Below, one piece after another: positions 8,486-17,452 of a stretch of DNA of 64,000 nucleotides. Source of the stretch: a virus; the IMG/VR virus record IMGVR_UViG_3300037485_001872, positions 32,001 through 96,000 of that record. One strand, written 5' to 3'. Position 1 is the stretch's first letter; each line of letters begins with the position of its first letter. The notes under the pieces were generated by a model that did not search any database, was not told where the DNA came from, and was given only the letters and a program-made list of their open reading frames with translations. Both the position numbers and the translations under genes were made by a program.

Positions 8486-8842
8486 ATGACATTCACAGAC
8501 AAACTAATCAAAGACATTCGTAATGGTAAGGGGTTCTCTAAAACCCTAAGAGGTAAATCACCCAAGTCAGGGTACATGGTTGCTCTCTCAGACTATCGTG
8601 AGCGTACAATTCCCCGTACAAAAAATATAGAACGTATTGGATACGAGCTTCAAGAATTTATCAAGGCTAACTTATTTCCATTATTAAATGGAGCATACCT
8701 AGGTGTATGGGTTACAGATAAAAACATTGTATTTGATGTCTCCGAGAATCTTGCCTCCGAGGTTCTTACAAAAGAACTAGGAAGGGTTCGTAAGCAACAA
8801 GCAATTTGGGATGTGGTTAATGGATGCGAAATATTTATATAA
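8486..8842 (+). CDS. Conserved phage protein (GFS..SGYMVA..YLG.W..FDVS..QQAIWD family)
   Basis: Recognisable motif string; function unassigned, possibly SAM-lyase-like fold. Confidence 0.6.
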   Translation: MTFTDKLIKDIRNGKGFSKTLRGKSPKSGYMVALSDYRERTIPRTKNIERIGYELQEFIKANLFPLLNGAYLGVWVTDKNIVFDVSENLASEVLTKELGRVRKQQAIWDVVNGCEIFI

Positions 8843-8848
8843 GGTAGT

Positions 8849-9313
8849 ATGTATATATTAACTAAAATCGCACGGGAGGCATCATTAGATGTTCCATTCA
8901 TAAACGCAGGGGGTTGTGCTATATTTGCATTAAACATGGCAAAAGAGTTAGCTCCTCTTCGTCCTGAGATTTATAATATTAGTTCACTGATACCAAAATT
9001 TGCAAAACAATACAGTAAGCAAAAAACCCTCTTAGCCACTTCTTGTGACCATGTTGTAATTAAAGTTGCAGGAGTTTATTTAGATAGTAATGGTGTAGCA
9101 CATAATAAAGATGCCGTTAGAAAACCATGGTATGGTAGAACATTCACCAAGGTGAGTTTAAAGGAGACACAGGAAGCTGTACAACATAAATCAAATTGGA
9201 ATCCTAAATTTGACCGTGATGAATATAAGAGTGTATTAGAGGAGCAGATTAAATTGGCCGTATCAAAAAACCTATGCCCCTTACTTAAAGACAAATTTAT
9301 AACAAAGAAATGA
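8849..9313 (+). CDS. Putative papain/transglutaminase-fold protein
   Basis: GGCAIFA..DHVVI..YLDSNG gives Cys-His-Asp order. Confidence 0.5.
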   Translation: MYILTKIAREASLDVPFINAGGCAIFALNMAKELAPLRPEIYNISSLIPKFAKQYSKQKTLLATSCDHVVIKVAGVYLDSNGVAHNKDAVRKPWYGRTFTKVSLKETQEAVQHKSNWNPKFDRDEYKSVLEEQIKLAVSKNLCPLLKDKFITKK

Positions 9314-9513
9314 AAGCAACTAGAATACAAAGAGACTTCTGTTATGCCTATGATTTTCTATTCACTACAGAAGCAGAACAACTAGCAAGGAAAGCTATTA
9401 TACGTTCCTTCTCTTTAAGTGTAGAAATTCCACGAAGAAACTTCTTTGAATATAATAATGTTTATGACAAATTAATGACAAAAAAACTTGTTTGCATCAA
9501 AAAAATAATATAA
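9310..9513 (+). CDS. Hypothetical protein
   Basis: 67-aa ORF, ATGA overlap. Confidence 0.5.
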   Translation: MKATRIQRDFCYAYDFLFTTEAEQLARKAIIRSFSLSVEIPRRNFFEYNNVYDKLMTKKLVCIKKII

Positions 9514-9518
9514 CTTTG
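9464..9518 (+). promoter_or_regulatory. Promoter with ATGACA-N5-ATGACA box, leaderless start
   Basis: ATGACA 9464 and 9475; TAACTTTG 9511-9518; ATG 9523. Confidence 0.75.
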
Positions 9519-9522
9519 TACC

Positions 9523-10071
9523 ATGTTAAAAGAGTTCGGAATTAAATCAGAAAGTTTTGCTTTATTGGAAGCATTCAAAAAAGAAAGTGAAAAGTTAGGT
9601 GCTGAATATCATACAGTGTTCAATGCTTTCACAGAAGAGAAATTTAAAGATAAGGAGGGGATGTTTTTTGCACAGGCCATTGATGGTACTTGGAGTTTAA
9701 GGTCAGAAGAACAAGAAGGTAAAATACTTTTTGCTTTAACAGGAAGTATTTGTTTAGCTCCTAATTTAGTATTCACTCTTCCTGAGCAGTGGAATGAAGG
9801 AATTGCCGCTATAAAAAATCTTGTAACAGATAGTAAAAAAGTATTTAACCCAAAGAAAATTTATGGGTATGATGCTAAGACTAAGCTTAAAGGAAAATGT
9901 AAACTACATAGCATAGATGAACTTGATAACGTATGGGCATTTGTATCTTGTGAGAACTCAGACTGTTGGGCAGAATCTTTTACAACGGCTCAAGCAGCAT
10001 TGGATTATGTAGGAGAGCGTTTGATGGTGTTCGATGATGTGAAGGAGTTTGGTAAGTGGTTGGCGGCATAA
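9523..10071 (+). CDS. Hypothetical protein
   Basis: 182-aa ORF. Confidence 0.7.
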   Translation: MLKEFGIKSESFALLEAFKKESEKLGAEYHTVFNAFTEEKFKDKEGMFFAQAIDGTWSLRSEEQEGKILFALTGSICLAPNLVFTLPEQWNEGIAAIKNLVTDSKKVFNPKKIYGYDAKTKLKGKCKLHSIDELDNVWAFVSCENSDCWAESFTTAQAALDYVGERLMVFDDVKEFGKWLAA

Positions 10072-10190
10072 AAATCTCTTTTCATAACTCATTGATAATC
10101 ACACCCCAAGTCAGGTTTCTCCACCGTACGGAGACAAGTTTTTGGTGGGGAAAATGGCCGCATTGAAAAATCTTAACTACTTGATAATCA

Positions 10191-10403
10191 ATGAAAGAAC
10201 TAATTGCATATTACACAGAAATAGGTAGACATGATGTCGTTGCCAATTTAAAGGAAGTACAAATTGACCAAACCATAATAGATAACGAGAATTATTCACG
10301 CCTATCGGATGAATTAGAGAACAGTTTCTATTGGAAATATACCGAAATGGGTTACGATTATTGGAATAATTTGTTTTCTGAATTACTTACGTTAAATTTG
10401 TAA
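10191..10403 (+). CDS. Hypothetical protein
   Basis: 70-aa ORF with F.W..T..GYDYW motif common in Bacteroidota phages. Confidence 0.6.
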   Translation: MKELIAYYTEIGRHDVVANLKEVQIDQTIIDNENYSRLSDELENSFYWKYTEMGYDYWNNLFSELLTLNL

Positions 10404-10596
10404 AGCCTTGGTATCAGGGGGTTGGAGGAGGATGGAGAACCCCCTAATATTGTATTCTTGGTACTGTGCAATACCTAGTACCGTGTTTGGCATATTTCCA
10501 AATTGCATATACCATTTTCTCCCACGTCTTTTTCATGTTATTTTATTTGGATACCTCTCTTACTATGTAGGAGGGTTGCTTTCAATTTATGGGGAA

Positions 10597-10675
10597 AGAG
10601 ATTTTGTTGCGGCAATTTTCTTACAATAACATGACACAATATGTTTGGTGGTTTAAATATCTAGTTGTATCTTTG
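10597..10675 (+). promoter_or_regulatory. Promoter with AGAGATTTT-N3-GCGG motif plus TKACA box
   Basis: AGAGATTTTGTTGCGG 10597; CTTACA 10620, ATGACA 10631; TATCTTTG 10668-10675. Confidence 0.7.
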
Positions 10676-10694
10676 TTCTGTTAATAATCAACAT

Positions 10695-10886
10695 ATGAAT
10701 CCAAAATTAAGAATCCAAAACATTGACGGAGTTACCAAGGAATTTGATAAGAAAGAAGATGCCATTGAGTTTATTCAAAATCTCTTTATAGAAAATGAGG
10801 ATTGGTCAGAAATGAAAAACCCCAATACATATGCAGAATGTGTAAATTACCTAGTAAAGTTTTGTGATAATTGGATATTGATATGA
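10695..10886 (+). CDS. Hypothetical protein
   Basis: Start moved to ATG 10695 because the ORF-track start lies inside the promoter. Confidence 0.6.
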   Translation: MNPKLRIQNIDGVTKEFDKKEDAIEFIQNLFIENEDWSEMKNPNTYAECVNYLVKFCDNWILI

Positions 10887-11122
10887 ACATACACGAATTA
10901 AAAAAAGAGCATTCTAAGCTAACTAGTATAAATGACCATACAGGGGCAGCTCAGTTAATAATAAATCAATTTGGAACTTTTGATGATAAGTTTAATATGG
11001 GAGTGCTTGCTAGTAAACATGAGAAGCAAGGGTATATGACTCCATGGGATTTAGAGATTAGAGACCAATTGGTTAAGAAGTGGTGGCCTTTCTTTAAGAT
11101 GTTATGTAATGAGGTGGTATAA
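10883..11122 (+). CDS. Hypothetical protein
   Basis: ATGA overlap with previous stop. Confidence 0.6.
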   Translation: MNIHELKKEHSKLTSINDHTGAAQLIINQFGTFDDKFNMGVLASKHEKQGYMTPWDLEIRDQLVKKWWPFFKMLCNEVV

Positions 11123-11136
11123 AAGAGAATGTTAAA

Positions 11137-11215
11137 AGAGATTTTTAAGCGGCCAAATCCTGATGATAATATGACAATACTTATTTGGTGATGTCAATTA
11201 GTAGTTGTAACTTTG
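11137..11215 (+). promoter_or_regulatory. Promoter with AGAGATTTT-N3-GCGG motif plus TGACA half-box
   Basis: AGAGATTTTTAAGCGG 11137; ATGACA 11171; TAACTTTG 11208-11215; ATG 11220. Confidence 0.7.
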
Positions 11216-11219
11216 AGCT

Positions 11220-11402
11220 ATGAAAGAATCTAAAAAAGAATTTATTAAACGTAACATTAAATCTTATGGTAGAGAGGATTTTATCTCTTTGCTTAATGAA
11301 AATATTCAAAATCTAGCTGAGGATGGAATGGCTAATGAGAATAAGTTTCAGATTAAATGGTTTTGTGATATGTTAATTCAAATAGAAAAAGATGAACTTT
11401 AA
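11220..11402 (+). CDS. Hypothetical protein
   Basis: 60-aa leaderless ORF. Confidence 0.55.
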   Translation: MKESKKEFIKRNIKSYGREDFISLLNENIQNLAEDGMANENKFQIKWFCDMLIQIEKDEL

Positions 11403-11646
11403 AAAACAATACCGAGACTTTGAAATGCGTATTCTACGAGAACTAGAAACTCGTGTTCTTAGAAGTACCTATAAGTCAAAGCATGTTGATACCCATGCTA
11501 TACGAGTTAATATATTTGGGTACACTGAGCTAGTTCATCTAAATGGTAAGTTAGTTTTCCTAGATGATTCAGGCTATGCTTATTCTATATTTTCTGATTG
11601 TACCTTGGAGGATTTGATTGATGTTCTTAATTCTTGTATAGACTAG
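11392..11646 (+). CDS. Hypothetical protein
   Basis: 84-aa ORF. Confidence 0.6.
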   Translation: MNFKKQYRDFEMRILRELETRVLRSTYKSKHVDTHAIRVNIFGYTELVHLNGKLVFLDDSGYAYSIFSDCTLEDLIDVLNSCID

Positions 11647-11653
11647 ATGGATA

Positions 11654-11732
11654 AGAGATTTTTTAGCGGAATTTTCCTGACAATAAAATGACAAAATAAG
11701 CTTGGTGGTGTGAAACCCTTGTCGTACCTTTG
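11654..11732 (+). promoter_or_regulatory. Promoter with AGAGATTTT-N3-GCGG motif plus TGACA box
   Basis: AGAGATTTTTTAGCGG 11654; CTGACA 11677, ATGACA 11688; TACCTTTG 11725-11732. Confidence 0.7.
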
Positions 11733-11750
11733 AAAGACAATAAAAACAAC

Positions 11751-12431
11751 ATGAAAAAAGTATTATATCTTAATTATGGCAGACCATTCCCAACTGCTGA
11801 ACCTGATGGGGAAAGTGTAAAATTTCTTGATATTAAGTCATTTAGAATTGTTTGGGGAAATATTGAGGTGACGGATTTGAAGGGGGAGATACATTACCTA
11901 CCCATGGTGTGTAATTTGTTTTATTACAATGGTGTATACTACTCAGATATTTGGGTGGAAATGATTCATGATAATGTCGCCTCAGAACAATTCGACATTA
12001 ATAAAACTAAGCTAACTAATCCACTTCCTATTCAACACCCAAGTTTAGGCGAGGTGCTTCAAATACTAACAGATGAAATTGAGGTGGATGGGGAAACTAT
12101 GCAATACATTTTGGAGGAGTGTAATATGGACGAGCAAATGTTCAAGCAACTTCTAAATACCAAGGACTATGTTTCAAATTACCTAGCAGAGTATTTAGCT
12201 GAAAGAAAGGAAGGGAAAGGAAAGAATAAGGAGCTGAAACACCGCCTAAAAATGATTGAGGAAGATATGGCCGCCATTGTATCCTTTATAAAAGAGGGGG
12301 GTTTATCTGAAACATTTAAAAACCCAACACCTTTCACTGATGAAGCTTGGACTCATATAAGCAACATTGAAATAGCTTGTAACCTACAGGCAGATGAATC
12401 TTTGAATTGGAAGCCTTTTAGAAAGAACTAG
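11751..12431 (+). CDS. Hypothetical protein
   Basis: Long ORF; likelier start ATG 11751. Confidence 0.7.
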   Translation: MKKVLYLNYGRPFPTAEPDGESVKFLDIKSFRIVWGNIEVTDLKGEIHYLPMVCNLFYYNGVYYSDIWVEMIHDNVASEQFDINKTKLTNPLPIQHPSLGEVLQILTDEIEVDGETMQYILEECNMDEQMFKQLLNTKDYVSNYLAEYLAERKEGKGKNKELKHRLKMIEEDMAAIVSFIKEGGLSETFKNPTPFTDEAWTHISNIEIACNLQADESLNWKPFRKN

Positions 12432-12432
12432 T

Positions 12433-12702
12433 ATGAATCCAGAAGAAGAATCATTAAAGACTTTTTGGAGAGATGTGAGGAATCAGGAGATGACAATTAG
12501 ATATGCAGCAGAACTAGTATGGAACTATCTTTACTCCCACCCGAAAGAATTCTTAACTCGGAAGCAGTTCATAGAGGATAACCACCTCAATAGTCAATTG
12601 GAATTTATAGTAGTTAATCAGGTTTGGAATGATATTGAGAATAATGACACCCTTATATATTGGGACTTTAAATCTTATTATGAAAACCTTACACTAATAT
12701 GA
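12433..12702 (+). CDS. Hypothetical protein
   Basis: 89-aa ORF. Confidence 0.6.
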   Translation: MNPEEESLKTFWRDVRNQEMTIRYAAELVWNYLYSHPKEFLTRKQFIEDNHLNSQLEFIVVNQVWNDIENNDTLIYWDFKSYYENLTLI

Positions 12703-12742
12703 CATTAAAAGTTTGTAGTGTAATAAATTAGTTGTAGCTTTG
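12688..12742 (+). promoter_or_regulatory. Promoter with TKACA box
   Basis: CTTACA 12688, ATGACA 12699; TTTG 12712; TAGCTTTG 12735-12742. Confidence 0.7.
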
Positions 12743-12762
12743 TATCAACAAATAGAAACAAC

Positions 12763-13296
12763 ATGAACCTACCGACAACTTGGCTAGAAGCCCTAGAAAA
12801 AAAGAAACAAGAAGCAGAAAGTAACCCAACAGCCTTTAAATTTAATGATGGTGGAAGAGCCTCAGCAGGATTTAAGGGAACCACGGGAGATTGCGTTGTA
12901 AGAGCCATTGCCATTGCTACTAAGCAAGAGTATAAATTGGTGTATGACGAACTGACAGAACGTATTAAATCTTTCGCCACCTCCTCTCGGAGTAGAGCCG
13001 CCAAGAGTATTAAAACGCATTCACCATCTAAAGGAGTTCACAGGGAGGTTTATGAAAAATATCTATCTGAACTAGGATGGAAGTTTGTTCCCACCATGGG
13101 AATTGGAACAGGATGCACATTACATATCGGGGATGTAGTGAAGAAGGAGGGGGAAATTCTTTGCTCCTCTAATCGGATTATTGCTAGAGTGAGCAAGCAT
13201 TTAGTGGCCATTGTAGAAGGGGTTGTTGAAGACACCTATGATTGTACAAGAGGAGGTAACAGATGTATCTATGGATATTACACTCAGCTGACATAA
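12763..13296 (+). CDS. Putative papain-fold peptidase-like phage protein
   Basis: GDCVVRAIAIA..KHLVAIVEG..EDTYD (Cys-His-Asp order). Confidence 0.6.
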   Translation: MNLPTTWLEALEKKKQEAESNPTAFKFNDGGRASAGFKGTTGDCVVRAIAIATKQEYKLVYDELTERIKSFATSSRSRAAKSIKTHSPSKGVHREVYEKYLSELGWKFVPTMGIGTGCTLHIGDVVKKEGEILCSSNRIIARVSKHLVAIVEGVVEDTYDCTRGGNRCIYGYYTQLT

Positions 13297-13331
13297 ATAT
13301 TTTGGTATTTAAAAATTAAGTTGTAACTTTG
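13277..13331 (+). promoter_or_regulatory. Promoter with TKACA box, leaderless start
   Basis: ATTACA 13277, CTGACA 13288; TAACTTTG 13324-13331; ATG 13336. Confidence 0.7.
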
Positions 13332-13482
13332 AATCATGGAAGAAATAGTAAAAGCATTAGAAATTGAAATGTTAAGACTTGTTCGAAAGTTACAAGATAA
13401 ATCAGCAACTAAGCAAGATGCTATAAATTTGGCAGTGCTTACTGAGTGTTTAGAAAAAATAAATAAATTCATTAAATAAATC

Positions 13483-13896
13483 ATGTTTATAGTTAATTAC
13501 AAAAGAAAAGACAATGGTGAGTCATTGGGTTATCACTTGGATACATTTGGTAGTTTAGGTAAGAAAGAACACGCTAAATGTTATGGTGATGATACTGACA
13601 CTCAGGAAGATATTGATAGTCAATTAGCGGTGATTAGAAAAAACTTAAACCATCGCCTAAGTGAAGGTGGTGGAGGTGGAATGTTTGCTGAGATATTTAT
13701 TAAGCAAAAGGAGCAATCATATCAAGGATTAAATGCCGACCAAATTGATATTGTTGCAGAAGCAGTTGTTTATAAAGAACAAGAGTTAGTTGCTCATACA
13801 ATAGTTGATGAAAATGGTGTACATAAAATTCGTAAACCATTGGTTGATGTTGTTGTGGACATGGTTAAAAAAGTTGCAGGTTATGGCAAAGATTAA
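13483..13896 (+). CDS. Hypothetical protein
   Basis: 137-aa ORF. Confidence 0.65.
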   Translation: MFIVNYKRKDNGESLGYHLDTFGSLGKKEHAKCYGDDTDTQEDIDSQLAVIRKNLNHRLSEGGGGGMFAEIFIKQKEQSYQGLNADQIDIVAEAVVYKEQELVAHTIVDENGVHKIRKPLVDVVVDMVKKVAGYGKD

Positions 13897-14069
13897 TTTA
13901 GATAGACACGTTTGGGAGGATGTTAAAGATTATGAATCTTTATATCAAATTAACCAAGAAGGTGTGGTGATTCAAAGTACAGGAGTCTCAATAATGGAGT
14001 CTAAACTTTATTCCCCTCTACCTGAGAATGAGAGACAAGGTAAATTAGGTTGTATAAATACTCAACTTC

Positions 14070-14125
14070 TTGACAAATAAATGACAATACTTTCTTGTTT
14101 ATATCAAACATCGGTTGTAGCTTTG
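14070..14125 (+). promoter_or_regulatory. Promoter with TGACA box, leaderless start
   Basis: TTGACA 14070, ATGACA 14081; TAGCTTTG 14118-14125; ATG 14130. Confidence 0.75.
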
Positions 14126-14129
14126 TTCT

Positions 14130-14384
14130 ATGCAAATGAAACACTTTAATATCATTGCCGAGGATGGAAAGGTTGTAGGAACAATTGTAAATTGCTCCTC
14201 AGACCCACACGGAAGACTCTCGTTAACTAAAAGGATGAAGGTGGCACTAGAGGAACACTTTGATGTAGATGTTGTCTTAAATGAGCTCCCTGACGTTTTT
14301 ACAAACTCTCCTAAATACACTATGAAAATTTTTAGAGGTGGGTATAGGGAGGAAATATCAATAATGGAAACTTGGATATATTAA
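14130..14384 (+). CDS. Hypothetical protein
   Basis: 84-aa ORF. Confidence 0.6.
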   Translation: MQMKHFNIIAEDGKVVGTIVNCSSDPHGRLSLTKRMKVALEEHFDVDVVLNELPDVFTNSPKYTMKIFRGGYREEISIMETWIY

Positions 14385-14394
14385 ACAAATTAAA

Positions 14395-14877
14395 ATGAAA
14401 ACAGAGATAACAAAAGGAAAATGGCAAGTAAGGGATGAAGGAAGTAATGGTATTTACATTAAATCTGAGGAACACACTAGTGCCATAGGTAAATTTTTTA
14501 CTAATAACGAAGTGATAAAGAATAGAGAAGAAGCCTTGGCGAATGCTAACTATATAGTGAATGCTGTAAATTCTCATGAAGAATTAAAGGCAGCATTGGT
14601 TGAAGCTAAAAGATGTTTATTAAATAGTACATATGATGAACTTTGCACACCTATCAAAATAATAGACCGAGCTCTTAAAAACTGTGTACCTGAATGCCCT
14701 TATAAAGAAGGGGAGTTAATATGGGCGAAAACTGCTCTTGGATTAGAGGTATTACCATGTACAGGAAAAATAGTTGATGGAGATATTGAAATTTGGCTTT
14801 GGATGGATAAGAGGAGTGATAGAAAAACTACGACTAAATTCCATGCTTCAACAAATGGATTAACTTTCCCTGAGTAA
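14395..14877 (+). CDS. Hypothetical phage protein (T.G.W..EA.ANA..IV.AVN family)
   Basis: Common small phage motif at N-terminus. Confidence 0.6.
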   Translation: MKTEITKGKWQVRDEGSNGIYIKSEEHTSAIGKFFTNNEVIKNREEALANANYIVNAVNSHEELKAALVEAKRCLLNSTYDELCTPIKIIDRALKNCVPECPYKEGELIWAKTALGLEVLPCTGKIVDGDIEIWLWMDKRSDRKTTTKFHASTNGLTFPE

Positions 14878-14879
14878 TT

Positions 14880-15200
14880 ATGACAAATTTTAAAGTAGGC
14901 TACCATAAAAGATTCTCAAAGGACGGAACGGTTTATACCCAATCTGTACGAATTAATATGAATACATTAATATCTTTGAGAGAAGTTAGACAGAGTGAAA
15001 TTGATTTAGGTTTTCCTAGGCGAAAAGAATATGACCCAACAGGCTACCATGATATTCCTCATTTTAGTTGTAGGTATGAAGGAGTCGGTAAGAAAGCTAC
15101 ATGCTATTCTTATATGACCCTAACTCAGACACGTTTTTCTAATTTATTTTTGAAGCTAAATTTAAAAGACAGGAACACTTATTTAATAATTGAAAAATAA
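14880..15200 (+). CDS. Hypothetical protein
   Basis: 106-aa ORF. Confidence 0.6.
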   Translation: MTNFKVGYHKRFSKDGTVYTQSVRINMNTLISLREVRQSEIDLGFPRRKEYDPTGYHDIPHFSCRYEGVGKKATCYSYMTLTQTRFSNLFLKLNLKDRNTYLIIEK

Positions 15201-15436
15201 TGGAAGGCTTTTCAGGAGATTTAGAAAAATATAAAAAATGTCGAGACTTTTTAAAAGCATGTGGTTATGACGTAAACTCAGCTATACATGTTGGTGGTAA
15301 CAGGTTTGAATTTGAAGAGGCATCATTTAATAGTGAAAAGAAAGGATGTCGTAATATTCATAAGATTTTAGCCTGGGTGGGGGATAATGGTGTTGGGTAT
15401 AAAGTAAAGAAAATAGGTTGGATTTGTATTGATTAA
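15200..15436 (+). CDS. Hypothetical protein
   Basis: 78-aa ORF, TAATG overlap. Confidence 0.6.
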   Translation: MEGFSGDLEKYKKCRDFLKACGYDVNSAIHVGGNRFEFEEASFNSEKKGCRNIHKILAWVGDNGVGYKVKKIGWICID

Positions 15437-15439
15437 AAT

Positions 15440-15931
15440 ATGAGAAGAGTACTTTTTAAAAAATGGAAAGATTTTCCTGACAATAAGGTTAGATGTGGTA
15501 TGGTAGGAATGTTTGAAGAAGATTTTACACATGAGGGTGATTTTCATCAGTGGGCTCCCGCATATGAAGAGTTTGAATCTGGGGCTGGAAATTACATAGT
15601 AGCTTTAATCGAAACAACTGATGGAACTATAGAGGAAGTGCTTCCTAAAAATATGAAAATAAAATTCGGAGTGTTTTGTAATCAAATGGTGGGAAGAATG
15701 GTGAGGGCTAATTCCTTAGTTGAGGCCATAAATAACCTACCCATTAAGCTTAAAAAGCATTGGAGTGTTATTATGTACCGAGATGAAGATGGTCTCTCTA
15801 TTAGCGTTAGAAAAGAGTTTTTAGAGGATATGTCTCTTGCAGAAGTTGTAGAAGACCATGTGCTTTTTGGTGATACAGATGCCGATATTATTGTTTTAAA
15901 TCCTAGTGGAGTAGGAGTAATTTATTTATAA
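15440..15931 (+). CDS. Hypothetical protein; N-terminal half paralogous to 33046..33297
   Basis: Shared EG.FHQWA..YEEFE.GAGN..VAL.E...GTIEEVLPK. Confidence 0.65.
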   Translation: MRRVLFKKWKDFPDNKVRCGMVGMFEEDFTHEGDFHQWAPAYEEFESGAGNYIVALIETTDGTIEEVLPKNMKIKFGVFCNQMVGRMVRANSLVEAINNLPIKLKKHWSVIMYRDEDGLSISVRKEFLEDMSLAEVVEDHVLFGDTDADIIVLNPSGVGVIYL

Positions 15932-15934
15932 ACT

Positions 15935-16372
15935 ATGATAAATCTTGATAATTTTGACGGCCATTTAGTATTGTATTGCAAAAATAATTACTATGTACCC
16001 AATATAGACTTTTTAACAGGGTTAAGAAGGATTTGGGCTATTCGCTGTGGATATGACTATAAGGATGGTAACACCTCTGTAGATAGATATATAGCAGACC
16101 ATTTGTATGATGTTTTGAAATTAACAGATTTTCATCCTAGCTTACAAGAACTTTTACATAATTACATCGTAAACAATTATTATGATGATGGTAAAACTGC
16201 CATTGAAAATATAATTATGTTTTATAGGAGTAGAATAAGTATGCTTATAATAAGGGAAAAGGTAAACACCTATTGGAAACCTCTAATACATCTACCTAAA
16301 ACTCAAAGAAGAGTGTTTAAGAGAATAGTTAGAGGGAATGGTCGCTATAATGATTACAAGTTAATAAACTAG
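15935..16372 (+). CDS. Hypothetical protein
   Basis: 145-aa ORF. Confidence 0.65.
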   Translation: MINLDNFDGHLVLYCKNNYYVPNIDFLTGLRRIWAIRCGYDYKDGNTSVDRYIADHLYDVLKLTDFHPSLQELLHNYIVNNYYDDGKTAIENIIMFYRSRISMLIIREKVNTYWKPLIHLPKTQRRVFKRIVRGNGRYNDYKLIN

Positions 16373-16434
16373 ATAAATGAACACACCTGTAAATTTTGAA
16401 AACTTTTTTGTATATTTGTATGTACATACAAAAT

Positions 16435-16671
16435 ATGATAGGAATTTATAAAATTACATCTCCATCTGGTAAAATTTACATTGGTAGTTCTAAAAACATA
16501 GAAAGAAGAAAAGAAGACTATCGCTATAAACGATTTAAATATCAAATAAACCAACCCAAACTAATCTCAATAGAGATAGAAATGGAAGATATAAGCAATG
16601 AAGAATGTTTTATTATAAAAGCACCAAAAATAACCAACAATCAATTAAAAATAACTAAAATACTATGGTAA
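16435..16671 (+). pseudogene. Truncated GIY-YIG endonuclease fused to unrelated tail
   Basis: MIGIYKITSPSGKIYIGSSKNIERR, then the rest of the catalytic domain is missing. Confidence 0.6.
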
Positions 16672-16856
16672 TATTCAGCATAATCGTATTAATAATTTTT
16701 ATCTTAACCACCCCACATTTAATAAATTGGATGTGGAGAAATATTCTTGATGATTTAATCGTGCTAGGAATATTTATTTCAATCATATACACTGTAACAA
16801 CAGCGTATGCACTAAAGTACTTAATCATATGGGCTTACCCATTACTAGTAGCATAA
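16665..16856 (+). CDS. Small two-helix membrane protein
   Basis: Two hydrophobic stretches. Confidence 0.55.
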   Translation: MVIFSIIVLIIFILTTPHLINWMWRNILDDLIVLGIFISIIYTVTTAYALKYLIIWAYPLLVA

Positions 16857-16860
16857 TAAA

Positions 16861-16915
16861 GAGACATAAAAATGACAAAAAAATCTTGTAGCGTAACAAA
16901 AAAGTTGTACATTTG
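16861..16915 (+). promoter_or_regulatory. Promoter with TGACA box
   Basis: GAGACA 16861, ATGACA 16872; TACATTTG 16908-16915. Confidence 0.7.
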
Positions 16916-16929
16916 TATCATCAAATAAC

Positions 16930-17112
16930 ATGAAACTATCTACAGAAATAATTGAAGGAATCACATACACCAAAGTGGAAGGAGTGGGACAAACGTTTTC
17001 AGTGAAAGGAGTTAAGTCTATCAAAGAAGTACTTTCTATATTAGATAAGATAGAAAAGGACTCAGAACGGTTTTTTACTAAAGTGGCTAGTATTTCTATT
17101 TTGGAGGTGTAA
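16930..17112 (+). CDS. Hypothetical protein
   Basis: 60-aa ORF whose stop overlaps the TAAC of the attC-like site. Confidence 0.55.
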   Translation: MKLSTEIIEGITYTKVEGVGQTFSVKGVKSIKEVLSILDKIEKDSERFFTKVASISILEV

Positions 17113-17237
17113 CGGTATTTGGCTTTACGCAGGTGGGGCTAAATAGCGCAAAACTTTCAACCTGCACAAATGATTATTAAAAGCACTCAAGCTGGGTTTA
17201 AGCACTAACCCCCACTTGCGTAAAACCAATGTTAGGC
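17107..17237. repeat. attC-like imperfect inverted repeat
   Basis: TAAC..TTGGCTTTACGCAGGTGGGG 17119-17138 pairs 18/20 with CCCCACTTGCGTAAAACCAA 17210-17229; ends in GTTAGGC (GTTRRRY). Confidence 0.65.
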
Positions 17238-17248
17238 GAAGTTAAATT

Positions 17249-17452
17249 ATGGAAGCAAGAGATTTTTACAACAAACGAATTAATGAAGATTCAACTATTG
17301 GAAGTGTTCAATTAATGGAAGAATACGCAAAGCATATTATTGAAATAAATTTTTGCGATGGTACTTCTTCTGATTTTGAAAAGCTAACAGTTGATGAATT
17401 GCAGAAGATACATAAAAATATAAATCTATGTGTCGATTGGGTGAACGCTTAA
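17249..17452 (+). CDS. Hypothetical protein in cassette-like unit
   Basis: 67-aa ORF bracketed by GTTAGGCGAA 17231 and TTCGCCTAAC 17454. Confidence 0.6.
   Translation: MEARDFYNKRINEDSTIGSVQLMEEYAKHIIEINFCDGTSSDFEKLTVDELQKIHKNINLCVDWVNA

Noticed and set aside
10100-10152. GC-rich hairpin CCCCAA..TCTCC/GGAGA..TTGGTGGGG
   Set aside because: Single irregular hairpin without U-tail or recognisable motif; too little evidence to call
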